NCBI RefSeq assembly: GCF_023055435.1
Contig: NW_025963779.1
Span: 84,382,001-84,446,000 of the forward strand
Length of the DNA: 64,000 nt
Source of the DNA: Haliotis rufescens
Lineage: Eukaryota
Reading direction: 5' to 3'
The notes under the pieces are model-generated. The model did not search any database and was not told the DNA's origin. It saw only the letters and a list, made by a program, of their open reading frames with translations. Of this stretch, positions 38,961-52,025 are shown piece after piece. The position numbers and the translations under genes were made by a program. The stretch's first letter is position 1; every line of letters begins with the position of its first letter.

Positions 38961-40011
38961 ACTTCCAGGGTATATTGTCACCTTAATACACTTTCATACC
39001 ACTCTTCTAAATACCCAAACTGGTCGCAATCAATCAATCAATATATATATATATCAGTATACATATATACTGAACATGTTCTTTGTCAGCACCTTACATG
39101 CGGCGTCACACAACTCACTCACTCTCTTTGTTAGTGACTTCATCGTCAACACCCACTGTGCGTCAAGTTTCAAGGTCGTTCTTTAGATTCCTCTATCTCA
39201 GACTTACAATGAACCAATGTTAGGGTTCGATCGCTATTTAGCAAATAATGGCAATACCTTTGACATATACGGAAAGTGTGCCCCTTAATTCAATAGAATC
39301 TTTAGCTAAAATGTGACAGGTAGATGTGAGATAGCGATTAACTTCACTTACATTTAGTTTTTCACGTGGCACTTCTTGCTGATCCACGCATTAAACACGT
39401 CATTGATCGATAAATGAATTATTTCCATGGCAGAGTCATGCGAATGACCTTGACCGTTACAAAAATGAGACCTTGGCCGACACGACCTTCTTCCTATGTT
39501 CACCTTTCTTCAATTCATTTCGTGTCTATGCTGCCAAGTGCTTGTACATCAAATAAGATTATTATTGTTCGGACAACTGTTGAGAGGATGATTGCACTTT
39601 ACACGATTAGGACCAACCTCGTGCTGGAGGCAATGCAACCGTCAACCTTGACCACGGATCACGGTGTTTCGCCTGGAGGAGCACGTTTAAGGGGCAACAA
39701 CTCTGTATCATCGCTTGTCCTGACATGTCCCAGACGACAAACCTTGTCGTAAAACAAAGAATCGTATTTACATGGACAATTTGGCTTCCGGTTTCACGAC
39801 AAATTACAAAGAAAGTTGGTGTAAACAGTCGTCTGCGATCGTTGGTTTGTGAGGATAAGGTCTGTTTAGGACATAGGGTTAAATACAGGCCCATATCGGG
39901 AGCTCCCCAGAGACCCCTCCTTGTGGATTCACCTACCCAGCAAACATGACAAATCAGTTCCCGACGTACGTCTTTGGAGTCAACCTGTAAAAAAGTGACA
40001 CGTTAGAAAAT

Positions 40012-40019
40012 CTATAAAG
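40012..40019 (+). promoter_or_regulatory. TATA box of CBM14 gene copy 2
   Basis: ctataaag in promoter homologous to copy 1. Confidence 0.65.
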
Positions 40020-40079
40020 GCCTGTCCCCTCATATACCTCGTTGGATTCCACTGCTCATACTTCTCTCAACTCAACGCA

Positions 40080-40389
40080 ATGGGCTCGAAGGTGCATATT
40101 ATCATATTCGTGTTTGGACTTGCCGCCATTTTGTTTTTGAATGCAGTCGATTCCATCGATTTTAGTGACGATAATTTCGGAGCAGACCCCGGATGCCAGG
40201 ATCCTTGGTCGACGGAATGGACTAGAGACAACCAGGATTGCAGTAAAGTTCATTTCTGTGTACAAGGCAAGAAATACTGGACTATAAACTGCAACGACAG
40301 TCGAGTGTGGTCCAATATCGGCCATGCATGCGTGGAGCCAATGTCCCAGTGGGACGACTGTAATCAAGTGATGACCACCCCCGCTATCA
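40080..40389 (+). CDS. Secreted 3xCBM14 protein, copy 2, exon 1
   Basis: Paralogous to 30199-30508; signal peptide, six Cys, A|gtgagt donor. Confidence 0.9.
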
Positions 40390-40651
40390 GTGAGTACACC
40401 AGTAGTTCCATGTATTTAACCATGAATTATTAAAACATGTTTTAACATGGATGATATGAAACAAAATCTAGGACAGTTGTGTGACCGGTGTTGTCGGGTT
40501 AATAAGGTCATAACGTGTCTATTCACATGGTTAGCATTGTGTCATAAAAAAATATTTACAATTTGATAAATATTTTACACCCATTTTGTATTAGTTAGTC
40601 CAAGGTACAAGGATATCACTGCCGTTAATATCGCAAACATACATACAACAT

Positions 40652-40783
40652 ACACTAATAAAAATAAGTTAAGGATCACCGATTCCTTCATATTACTACA
40701 GTGAATCGGCCATGCCACAACAGATTGACTATATAGTAATATGAAAGAATCGGATGGTCCTTAACTTTTTTCCCAGTTGTATA
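40652..40783. mobile_element. Palindromic MITE, TA-flanked
   Basis: aagttaaggatcaccgattccttcatattacta / tagtaatatgaaagaatcggatggtccttaactt. Confidence 0.75.
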
Positions 40784-41565
40784 CATGGACATAAGTTTTG
40801 CTGCTACATTTTATTGTTGTTCTAGGTTTGGAATGAGTTCAACATAGGTTAAGACTGTTATTAAAGTATCAGAATAAGAATTCCAGTAATAAAATATGCA
40901 ACAAAATGTAATACTCGTTACGATTCGTTTTGCATACTTATAAACAGGCGTTTGGGAAACAAAATAATCATGCGATTTAATAATCGTGGGAAGATATGTT
41001 GAATCATTTCTTGCTGGAATCGTTATTAGGTGTTCTCCCGAGATACTCAAAGACGCTAAACATGCCGGCAACTTAATGTTCAAAACAAGGGATAACAAAA
41101 CATTTTGAAAAACCCATCCGTTTACACACATAACTCCTAATAGTAAATAAAACCAAAACAACTTTGGTCGCTGAACGAATCTGGCAGATATCAAGAAAAA
41201 CAACAATAATCATTGACATGCACATTCCAGGAAGCAGGTTAGGTCGTATCTTAGTACTGCACTGTTTACTAACCCTTTCAAATGGTAGGTTCTGTTTCTA
41301 GCGCACAACCTTTGACGTGATCTGTGATGTGTTCTATGAAGTGATCTGTGACCATGTGTTCTATGAAGTGGTTTGTGACTGTGTCCTATGATGTGTTTAA
41401 TGACGTGTGTTATGGAGTGTTTTATGACGTGATCTATGACGAAATGATTTGTGACTGCGTTTTATGTGTTTTATGACGTGTTCTATGAAGTGATTTGTGA
41501 CTGTGTTCTATGATGTGTTCTATGATGTGTTCTTGTCATGATGCAGTGATCTATCTCTTCCCCAG

Positions 41566-41772
41566 ATGACGAGCGGTGCGTCCTCCCCAGTGGAATGAAC
41601 CCTGACCCCGACAACTGTGCCCAGTTCCTGGCCTGCACCAACCGGACAGTGGTGGCCACGATGCAGTGTCCAGAGAACACGCTCTTCTCCACCAAGAACA
41701 ACACGTGCGATTTGAGTTTCCTCGTGGCTGCTGAGTGTCGTACGAGACTCATCCCAGAACACGTCGTTGTTA
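41566..41772 (+). CDS. 3xCBM14 copy 2, exon 2
   Basis: cccag acceptor, A|gtaagt donor, CBM14 Cys pattern. Confidence 0.92.
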
Positions 41773-41792
41773 GTAAGTACACAAACATGCAG

Positions 41793-41955
41793 CCCCCTGA
41801 AGATCCGGGCTAGTGCTGTCTGACTCGCTGATTTGGTTGAAGCTTTTAATTGTTTCCCAATTGTGTGGATCGATGCTCATGATGTCAATCACTGGATTGT
41901 CTGGTTCAGACTCGATTTTTTCCAGACCGCCGTCATAAAGCTGAAATATTGCTGA
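41793..41955 (+). mobile_element. SINE family A, internally deleted
   Basis: Start and 3' body match the consensus. Confidence 0.7.
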
Positions 41956-42275
41956 GAGTTGCGAGAGCCGGAAGAATTTCGTTTTCATTTTGTCTACATG
42001 TACATACACCATAGCACATTATTTCTCACGCTCATGACATAAATTGAATTGGACGGCTATATTAAATAGTAGGGTCTGGGAAGTCTATGTAGGGTAGCAC
42101 ATGTAGACTCTCCACTAGTGTTGTGTACATGTTACAGTCAATGTGTAAAATGTGATACACGTTGGCAATTTACAAAATGTTTAATGTCAATGTTTTGGAC
42201 AGATTGACGACAATTATCAAGAAGTTCAAAAGGGCTTACTATCATCACAATATACCAATCATGCAAGGATTATAT

Positions 42276-42546
42276 TGGTTGGTTGGTTGGTTTGTTGTTT
42301 AACGCCGCGCTCAGCAATATTCCAGCTATATGACGGCGGTCTGTAAATAATCGAGTCTGGACCAGACAATCCAGTTATTAATATCATGAGCATCGATCCA
42401 CACAATTGGGATCGATGACATGCATCAACAAAGTCAGCGAGCCTGGCCACCCAATCCCGTTAGTCGCCTCCTACGACAAGCATAGTCGCCTTTTACGGCA
42501 AGCATGAGTTGCTGAAGACCTATTCTATCCCGGATCTTCACGGGTC
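42276..42546 (-). mobile_element. SINE family A full copy
   Basis: Reverse-complement consensus; TSD gcaa(g/a)gattata. Confidence 0.9.
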
Positions 42547-42821
42547 GGCAAAGATTATAAGCCCAAAATGACAATAATATTTCTTTTAATCCTATTAGAT
42601 GGTTATGAAATTCAACATCTCAGTCTTTGGAATTCGTTGTCATTATAAAGTAAATGGATCGATTTTTCGGTCCATTTGTAAAATGACTAAATATTTAGGC
42701 GTTTTGTAAATTACATCAGTGATTTACACATTGACTGTAACATGTTCAACGTAGCATATTGTCATTGTGCCTATTTACAACGTTATGAACCTACAATAAC
42801 ATCAGCACATCTCATCTTCAG

Positions 42822-43030
42822 CCACCGCTAGTCCCATCGTCGATACCCCCTGCGAGGGGACCACGAACGGTGACGTCATTGACCCCACCAACTGCGCCCG
42901 CTTCTTCAAGTGCAACTACGGCCGCGTCGTCGCCAGAATCAAGTGTCCCGCAAACAGCGCCTTCTCCTCCGACAAGCGCAAGTGCGACTGGAGAGCCAAT
43001 GTGGACTGCGAGGACCGCCCATTGTCTTGA
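42822..43030 (+). CDS. 3xCBM14 copy 2, exon 3 (..CEGTTNGDVIDPTNCARFFKCNYGRVVARIKCPANSAFSSDKRKCDWRANVDCEDRPLS*)
   Basis: cttcag acceptor, CBM14 motif, TGA at 43028-43030. Confidence 0.92.
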
Positions 43031-43340
43031 GCACCCCCAGTCACGTGACCGTCTTTCGACCAAGGGTTCTGGTGTCCTATCGATTCTTATCACGTGACCT
43101 CGACTAATCTCACGGACTATTATCGTTGTTCTTAAATATGTGTTTGTAAATTTGTTTTGTTATGTTTTATCGGCTTTTGGGGGAAGGTGATGTCAAATTC
43201 ATCTCATATAACAATTCATTTTTCAATTATTTCATTATGGAAAAATAATTAAGCTTCTTGTTTTGTTTATCAAAAACCGTTTCAGGGGCACCCTGTCTCA
43301 GATGTCTGTGTTCAGGTAACATAAAAGATACATTGTAAGG

Positions 43341-44160
43341 ACGATACACGTATGAGCTGATAAGTAAATGTGCACATGTGCTGAGATCCTTCATTATAAG
43401 AACGATACACGTATGAGCTGATAAGTAAATGTGCACATGTGCTGAGATCCTTCATTATAAGAACGATGCATTTATGAGCTGATAAGGAAATGTGTACATG
43501 TGCTGAGATCCTTCATTATAAGAACGATACACGTATGAGCTGATAAGTAAATGTGCACATGTGCTGAGATCCTTCATTATAAGAACGATACACGTATGAG
43601 CTGATAAGTAAATGTGCACATGTGCTGAGATCCTTCTTCATTATAAGAACGATACACGTATGAGCTGATAAGTAAATGTGCACATGTGCTGAGATCCTTC
43701 ATTATAAGAACGATACACGTATGAGCTGATAAGAAAATGTGCACATGTGCTGAGATCCTTCATTATAAGAACGATGCATTTATGAGCTGATAAAGAAATG
43801 TGCACATGTGCTGAGATCCTTCATTATAAGAACGATACATTTATGAGCTGATAAGGAAATGTGCACATGTACGGACATCCTTCATTATAAGAACGATACA
43901 CTTATGAGCTGATAAGGAAATGTGCACATGTACTGAGATCCTTCATTATAAGAACGATACACGTATGAGCTGATAAGTAAATGTGCACATGTGCTGAGAT
44001 CCTTCATTATAAGAACGATACACGTATGAGCTGATAAGAAAATGTGCTCATGTGCTGAGATCCTTCATTATAAGAACGATACATTTATGAGCTGATAAGG
44101 AAATGTGCACATGTACGGACATCCTTCATTATAAGAACGATACACTTATGAGCTGATAAA
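43341..44160. repeat. 61-bp tandem repeat (~13 copies), probably within 3' UTR of copy 2
   Basis: Unit gatacacgtatgagctgataagtaaatgtgcacatgtgctgagatccttcattataagaac. Confidence 0.95.
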
Positions 44161-44765
44161 GAATTGTACATAAATACTAAGACTCTTCATCATTTTTACT
44201 GGATGTAAGAACAATAGCGCCTGAAAAAAACGTAGTGATTCTTGTTGAGCTAGTGAATGATTGAATGACATTATGCAGTGTATGTGTTTCCCGAAGTAAT
44301 AAACTGTTTTGATTAAATATTGTGATTGTTATTGATCCCACAATGGGACATAGCAAATACCAATGCGTTCGAACAGGATTTACTTAAATACGCATGTCTC
44401 GATTGTATAGTCGTATTGGCGTTCAAGTGTCTATAAGAATATCTGCGTTCGATTCTTACATGGGAAATGTGTTTGCAGCCACACTTCTGCATTAACCTAA
44501 ATAAACGAGAAAGAAACATAACATAACCACATAAAATCTAAGTCCATTGTACGCTTCCGACTACATCATAAGCATGTCTTTATGAATCACTATCAAATAG
44601 TAATGATACCAGGTGTGCGTGAAAAGGTGAGCGTATCCTGCCCCACCGGTGGCACCCGTTACAAACACATACAAAGGCAAGTCATATGTTCACCTGTGTG
44701 AGTGAGTGAATGAGTATGGTTTTACGCCGCTTTAGCAATATACACTGAGCAGAAAACCAAACACG

Positions 44766-45195
44766 GGTCTATGTCAGCATTCCCATATATTTCCAACAAT
44801 GGTCTATGTCAGCATTCCCATATATTTCCAACAGTGGACAGAGAACAATAGTCTATGTCAGCATTCCCATATATTTCCAACAATGGTCTCTGTCAGCATT
44901 CCCATATATTTCCAACAATGGACAGAGAACAGTAGTCTATGTCAGCATTTCCATATATTTCCAACCCTGGACAGAGAACAATGGTCTGTGTCAGTATTCA
45001 CATATATTTCCAACACTGGACAGAGAACAATGGTCTATGTCAGCATTCCCATATATTTTCAACACTGGACAGAGAACAATGGTCTGTGTCAGTATTACCA
45101 TATATTTCCAACACTGGACAGAGAACAATGGTCTATGTCAGCATTCCCATATATTTCCAAAATTGGACAGAGAACAATGGTCTGTGTCAGCATTT
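44766..45195. repeat. ~35/47-bp tandem repeat
   Basis: Recurring ggtctatgtcagcattcccatatatttccaaca(ctggacagagaacaat). Confidence 0.9.
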
Positions 45196-45774
45196 CTAAC
45201 ATTAACCGACAGTTTGATACAACACATTCCAAAAACAGTAAACAAACATTATCCTTCAGCATATTATTAAATCGGCATTAACAGTTATATATATAAATAT
45301 ACAATCCCAAAATGTGCTTGAAAATACATATTAGCTGATTTGATAATGTCTTTACTCCATTCTTAATTTAGATATTTAGTTAAATTGCTGGATAAATAAC
45401 TCTCTGATCTCGCGAAGATACTCCTCTCCCTTCTATGGTCTAAGCACGTTCAATAGATTGACTGTCAACCTGCTGTTAGTTCAGTTGGTTTAATCACAAC
45501 CCTGAAAGTCGGGATCCCGGATTTACACCCGCCGGCCGGTCAAGTTTCTTGAATAAACCCGTTGTTACACATGTCATCACACGGACACTAGGGGTTCTAA
45601 TAACGCCGCATGTATTAGGTTGTACGTTACGGCCTTCCAGCGCGAGGATTTCTTTTTCATGCCTACTCCACCATACCCGTTTCTTCATTACGACTACTTT
45701 ATGATAGCAGTCTCTTCTTTGTGGCTAATTCGTGATAGCTGTTTCCTCTCTTATGCCTACTTTGTCATAACTGT

Positions 45775-46775
45775 TTCTTCTTCACGCCTACTCCGTGATA
45801 GCCTTTCTTCTTGACGCCTACTCCGCGATATCCGTTTCTTCGTGACGCCTACTCCGCGATAGCCGTTTCTCCTTTACACCTACTCCGTGAAAGCCTTTCT
45901 TCTTGACGCCTACTCCGCGATAGCCGTTTCTTCTTGACGCCTACTCCGCGATAGCCGTGTCTTCTTGACGCCTACTCCGTGATAGCCGTTTCTTCTTGAT
46001 GCCTACTCCGTGATAGCCTTTCTTCTTCACGCCTCCTCCGCGATAGCCGTTTCTTCGTTACACCTACTCCGTGATAGCCTTTTTTCTTCACGCCTACTCC
46101 GTGATAGCCTTTCTTCTTGATGCCTACTCCGTGATAGCCTTTCTTCTTCACGCCTCCTCCGCGATAGCCGTTTCTTCGTTACACCTACTCCGCGATAGCC
46201 GTTTCTTCTTGACGCCTACTCCGTGATAGCCTTTCTTCTTCACGCCTACTCCGCGATAGCCGTTTCGTCTTGACGCCTACTCCGCGATAGCCGTGTCTTC
46301 TTGACGCCTACTCCGTGATAGCCGTTTCTTCTTGATGCCTACTCCGTGATAGCCTTTCTTCTTCACGCCTCCTCCGCGATAGCCGTTTCTTCGTTACACC
46401 TACTCCGTGATAGCCTTTTTTCTTCACGCCTACTCCGTGATAGCCTTTCTTCTTGATGCCTACTCCGTGATAGCCTCTCTTCTTCACGCCTCCTCCGCGA
46501 TAGCCGTTTCTTCGTTACACCTACTCCGCGATAGCCGTTTCTTCTTGACGCCTACTCCGTGATAGCCTTTCTTCTTGACGCCTACTCCGCGATAGCCGTT
46601 TCTTCTTGACGCCTACTCCGCGATAGCCGTTTCTTCTTGACGCCTACTCCGTGATAGCCTTTTTTCTTCACGCCTACTCCGGGATAGCCGTTTATTCTTG
46701 ACGCCTACTCTGTGATGGCCTTTCTTCTTGACGCCTTTTCCACGATAGCCTTTCTTCTTGATGCCTACTCCGTGA
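45775..46775. repeat. 31/32-bp tandem repeat
   Basis: Unit gcctactccgcgatagccgtttcttcttgac. Confidence 0.95.
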
Positions 46776-46799
46776 GAGATTTACTACTTCTACCACCCT

Positions 46800-47630
46800 A
46801 ATTCTTCTGTACACCTACTTCTTCCTACCTGTTTCTTCTGTACACGTTCTTCTTCCTACCTGTTTCTTCTGTACACCTACTTCTTCCTACCTGTTTCTTC
46901 TTTACACCTACTTCTTCCTACCTGTTTCTTCTTTACACCTACTTCTTCCTACCTGTTTCTTCTTTACACCTACTTCTTCCTACCTGTTTCTTCTTTACAC
47001 CTACTTCATCCTACTTGTTTCTTCTTTACACCTACTTCTTCCTACCTGTTTCTTCTGTACACCTACTTCATCCTACTTGTTTCTTCTGTACACATACTTC
47101 ATCCTACTTGTTTCTTCTTTACACCTACTTCTTCCTACCTGTTTCTTCTGTACACGTTCTTCTTCCCACCTGTTTCTTCTGTACACGTTCTTCTTCCCAC
47201 CTGTTTCTTCTGTACACGTTCTTCTTCCTACCTGTTTCTTCTGTACACCTACTTCTTCCTACCTGTTTCTTCTGTACACCTACTTCATCCTACCTGTTTC
47301 TTCTTTACACCTACTTCATCCTACCTGTTTCTTCTGTACACCTACTTCATCCTACCTGTTTCTTCTGTACACCTACTTCATCCTACTTGTTTCTTCTTTA
47401 CACCTACTTCATCCTACCTGTTTCTTCTGTACACCTACTTCATCCTACCTGTTTCTTCTGTACACCTACTTCATCCTACCTGTTTCTTATTTACACCTAT
47501 TTCTTCCTACCTGTTTCTTCTGTACACCTACTTCTTCCTACCTGTTTCTTCTGTACACCTACTTCATCCTACCTGTTTCTTCTGTACACGTTCTTCTTCC
47601 TACCTGTTTCTTCTGTACACCTACTTCTAT
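46800..47630. repeat. ~30-bp pyrimidine-rich tandem repeat
   Basis: Unit cctacctgtttcttctgtacacctacttctt. Confidence 0.95.
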
Positions 47631-47859
47631 TCTAACTATTTCTTCTTTACACCGACTTCATGACAACCATTTCTTTTTTGTGGCTACTTCGTGATAGCCG
47701 TTTCTTCTATAAGCCTACTTAGGAACTGACTACTCCTACTTCGTCACACCCGTTTCATTCATATGCTTATTTCATTATTACTTCTATCTGAGTCACCCCA
47801 CCCCTATTTAATTTGTCACCCTGTCCCTATATATTGTGTCATCCTTGCCCTATCGCGTA

Positions 47860-48025
47860 GGTGCGGTGGGGTAGCCTAGTAGTCAAAGCGTTGGCTCGTC
47901 ACGCCGAAGACCCGGGTTCGATTTCCCGACATGGGTTCCAATGTGTGAAGCTCATTTCTGGTGTCCCCGTCCGTGATATTGCTGGAATGTTGCTAAAAGC
48001 GGCGTAAACCAAGACTCACTCACTG
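47860..48025 (+). mobile_element. SINE family B copy
   Basis: Consensus match. Confidence 0.85.
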
Positions 48026-48904
48026 ACCTATCTAGTATGTCATCTAGTATGTTATCTAACCCCTATCTACTATGAATGAATGAATTTCTTTATTCCCTTC
48101 AGAATTTACATCCGAAGATGTACAATAGCTCTGATATTTCTGAGAGCAAGCGTTTTGTGCTACTATTTACATAAACAGTTGTAATATTTACAATACATCT
48201 AAACATATGTTCATCATCAGCTGTGTACAACAGATGCAAAGAGGGGATAGTCTAATACATTTTAAAAAATTTAAGATATATTCACAGTATGTTTGTCATA
48301 TGCTTTCCCAAGTACGCTGGTTCATAACCAGATTGTATTTGAACTGAGCCCAAGAATAGTACAAGCAAATTCTCTTCCAGAAGTTCAATTTGATCATAAC
48401 TTTCAACATCCAGTTTATCCATGAGGGTGGAGATGCATTCATTTCGATCATTGATAAAATATTCACAGTGTAAAAGTACATGTCAGTCATAATCAAAGGT
48501 GTGTCTGTCACATTTAGAACATTCTCCAGATGTATTGGTTCTGGAAGCTTTCTTTATTTTAAAAATATCTAAAATTAGGATAAGTTAGAGCTAATTTCTA
48601 TAATACATGTAATCTAAGGTTTGAGTGAGTTGACCTGTATCTCACCAGATCCTCTCTCATTGACAATCTGAGTTTCCATCGATCTTTCTCATATAAGGGT
48701 ATTGTATTACAAACATTTTTTTCTCCATTTAGTTTTGCCAGAAAATATTCCTGTTCGGGTATAGGTCGAAATCACATGTTTATGTTTATATTTACCAGCT
48801 GTTAATATCATTGTGTCACATATGCTAGTGATAGTTTTGATATTATGAACACTGACTAAAGCTAAGTATGCACATATAAATATGTTTCTTTTCAGACTAA
48901 CATG

Positions 48905-49655
48905 AGTTTTTGAGTTTCAAAATTCGTGCCACATTCGGGAGGGAAGTTCAAATTGACCTAGCTTTGTAAGAATGCCGTTCGAATACTTAGAATGCGCTTC
49001 GAATGATCCTTGCACATTCCGAGTGTATTAGCTCTCGAATGCAGCTCAAATGTAGTTGGAACACAGTAGGAATATTTAGTATGCTGTTAGAATGCAGTCA
49101 TACTCATAAAGTGCGGTTCGATTGCTGCCCGAATAACGCCCGGCGTGTAGTTGGAAGGTGCCTCGAATTCTGTACGAATTCACGACTGTACGAATGCAGT
49201 CAGAACACTCCTGGAATGGCCGCCGAATATGGTTCGAACGCCCAAGAATTCAAACAGAATTCAGCTCGAATACTTAGAATGTACTTCGAATGTAACACGA
49301 ATGTCCCGAGCTGAATTCTTTTGACATCGAAATAGATTCCGGCAGCAATCGAGATGCATTCGAGGTGCATTGCGGCTCATTCGAGGCGCATTCGGGGCAG
49401 GATTTGAAGTGGCTTGGCGTTTCGAGTCTGTTGGAATGCTGTTGGAATACACTTCGAATGCATCTCGAAAGTTTTGAGCTTGAGCAAAACATTCGGGCCG
49501 GCCATAGAAATGGGCCCGAATATTTGGAATGCACTCAGAATACAGTCAGAAGTTTTAGATTACACTTCGAGCATCCAGGAATGAAAACTTTTTTTCCATT
49601 CCGACTTCATTCCTTCTCATGCCGGCTCATCCCGCCTCTAGTGTGACTAGGGCAT
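48905..49655. mobile_element. Probable non-autonomous DNA transposon fragment rich in gaatg/cattc/tcga motifs
   Basis: Distinct composition; ends in tagtgtgactagggc, a TIR-like end; opposite TIR not seen. Confidence 0.45.
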
Positions 49656-50359
49656 AGAAATTTTCAAGATTGTCTAGTAGAGAGAATAATTCGGTGCCAT
49701 ATTTTAACATATGCAATAATATGAAGATCATAACTATTTAATCCCACAGACTTATGTGAGCAGCTGGATTATGTTGTGAAATCAATCTGAATCTAACGGT
49801 ATGGCTTTTGGTTAAACCTAATCTCCAGTCATATGCATACTGCGTAACAGTGTTAAGAGCAACTTGAAAACCTGTAGGTGTGTCAACAGGAAGGAAGCAC
49901 CCGTCCTTGCACTACATGCTGCTCAATAGAAAAAGTATGTGATATTTCACCACAGTAGGTGACAAATGCACAACTAGTGCTGCAACTTTGATAGAGAAGA
50001 TTCCACATCTTCCCCTAAATGCCAAGGTCATACAGTTTTTCCATGGCCTTATAATTGTTCAGGAAGGCTGCATAGGCTGTCATTTCCTAGCAAAATAATA
50101 ACTTACACATTACAGCCCCATGCTCTTTTCGAAATCCGAATTGTAAAGGGCCTGGAAAGGATGGACAATGTATCATACACCACTCTTCCAATCGTTGTAG
50201 AATTACTTTTCAAATGGTTTTCCCAGACAGGATGAAAGAATAATGTAAATAGTACAGTTTGTCTTGTACATATGACTTAGTCACGTGAAATTATTCAACA
50301 TTGTCCTCTTATAAAATACATGAATTGTTTGATAGGCATTACTTAGAAGTTGACGGATG

Positions 50360-50539
50360 ACAAAGTAGACACAATTTATGGATAACAACTTCTTTAATAC
50401 TGTAAAAAGTGACGTTTCGGTATAGATCCTTATACCGTTGTCCAGCAAGACTGACTTGACAACGGTATAAGGATCTATACAGAAAAGTCGCCTTTACAAT
50501 ATTAAAGAAGTTGTTATCCATAAATTTTGTCTACGTTGT
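50360..50539. repeat. ~180-bp palindrome with hammerhead-like cores on both strands (Penelope-like terminal repeat remnant)
   Basis: Arms ~83 bp reverse-complementary; core t(t/g)gacaa-cggtata..tatacc-gaaacgtc. Confidence 0.7.
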
Positions 50540-50879
50540 AAAAAAATACATGTTTGAAGAAAATAGGAATAGACATCAGAGCTATTTGAATTGAGAAGAT
50601 TTATCATAAACTGTTCATCTTTATGCTCATCAACCACGTTTTGTACACTCCTAATTTACATTGTATATACCCTTAGGCTTATGGACTATATTGGCTTGAA
50701 CATTATGCCAGAAAATTCTGAATTCATAAAGTTGCTCTTTTTCAGGCTGAAGCTGAGACTTGATACAATCAAAATTAGAGGGAAAATGTGAAGACGTAGC
50801 CTGCTGATGCCAATTATGGCTATACATGTCATTAAGTCTTTGTTTTGTTGAATACAAGAATAACGTTTCACAACAAATT

Positions 50880-51183
50880 GGGGGCACGGGTGGCCCAGTC
50901 GTCTAAGGCGCCGCGATTCGCTGTGCAGAGTTGCGTCCCTTGGGCACGCCAAAAACCTATGATTGTGGGTTCGAATCCCGGTTCGCCCCGATTATGTTTC
51001 TAGGTTTGTCAGCACCATACCCGTGCTCGTGGGTTTCACCGAAGTGGTAAACGTCTAAGACCTGCATCACTTCGGGCTTTCCTCCCACATTAAGCTGACA
51101 CGCCGTGATATAACTGGAATACTGTTAAAAGCGGCGTTAAACCCAACTCACTCACTCACTCACTCACTCACTCACTCACTCAC
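50880..51183 (+). mobile_element. tRNA-derived SINE family D, full copy
   Basis: tggcccagtcgtctaaggcg A box, ggttcgaatcc B box, gcggcgttaaaccca(actc)n tail. Confidence 0.85.
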
Positions 51184-51443
51184 AAGAAATTGCTTGTTAA
51201 ATCCACATGAAAGAATATCCACACATAGATAGCATATTCCTCACTACAAACATTCAGATTTTCTTACCTGTTTCAACAAATAATATTTCACTACAGTGAA
51301 CCAGGTGTCTATCTTCATTCATTCTTAATAATGTCAACCAATGTTTGATTACTCGTATCTGACTAAAAAAGAACATAAAAAGTACAACGAACAGTTTCGC
51401 AAAGAACGGCTTTATTTGAAGCGCGTTTACCAAACCCTAAATA

Positions 51444-51618
51444 CAGTAGACTACGGTTAAAACGAACACGCTTATAACGAACTGACGGATATAACGAACT
51501 TACATTTTGGTCCCGACTATTTGCTGTAGTTATGCTGTGCATATGCTTATAACGAACTACGGTTATAACGAACTAAAATTAGTAGTCCCTTTGAGTTCGT
51601 TATAACCGTAGTTTACTG
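51444..51618. mobile_element. Tc1/mariner-pogo-type MITE
   Basis: TIR cagtagactacggttaaaacgaac / gttcgttataaccgtagtttactg with TA on both sides. Confidence 0.85.
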
Positions 51619-51847
51619 TATCGATTAAAATACATAGTGGGAACTTATTTCAGTGGATCATAATACTTTCATCCCCAAATTTCCGATCGATGTAATAGAA
51701 AATGTGCAGTCTTACAGTGCAACACCGTCGAGGCTGTAACACATGATTTATAATTGTTCTTCTTGAAAAATTTGTAAATTGACCCAATTTTCTAGATGCT
51801 TGAAGAGCTTGTTTTTGGCTAGCCATGGACCACATTGATGTCGAAGA

Positions 51848-52025
51848 GTGAGTGAGTGAGTGAGTGAGTATGGTTTTACGCCGCTTTTTTTAGCAATATT
51901 CCAGCAATATCACGGCGGGGGACACCAGAAATGGGCTTCACACATTGTACCCATGTCGGGAATCGAACCCGGGTCTTCGGCGTGGCGAGCGAACGCTTTA
52001 ACCACTAGGCTACCCGACCGCCCCC
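51848..52025 (-). mobile_element. SINE family B copy
   Basis: Consensus match. Confidence 0.9.

Noticed and set aside
47015-47694. ~205-aa hydrophobic ORFs
   Set aside because: Translation of a pyrimidine-rich tandem repeat.
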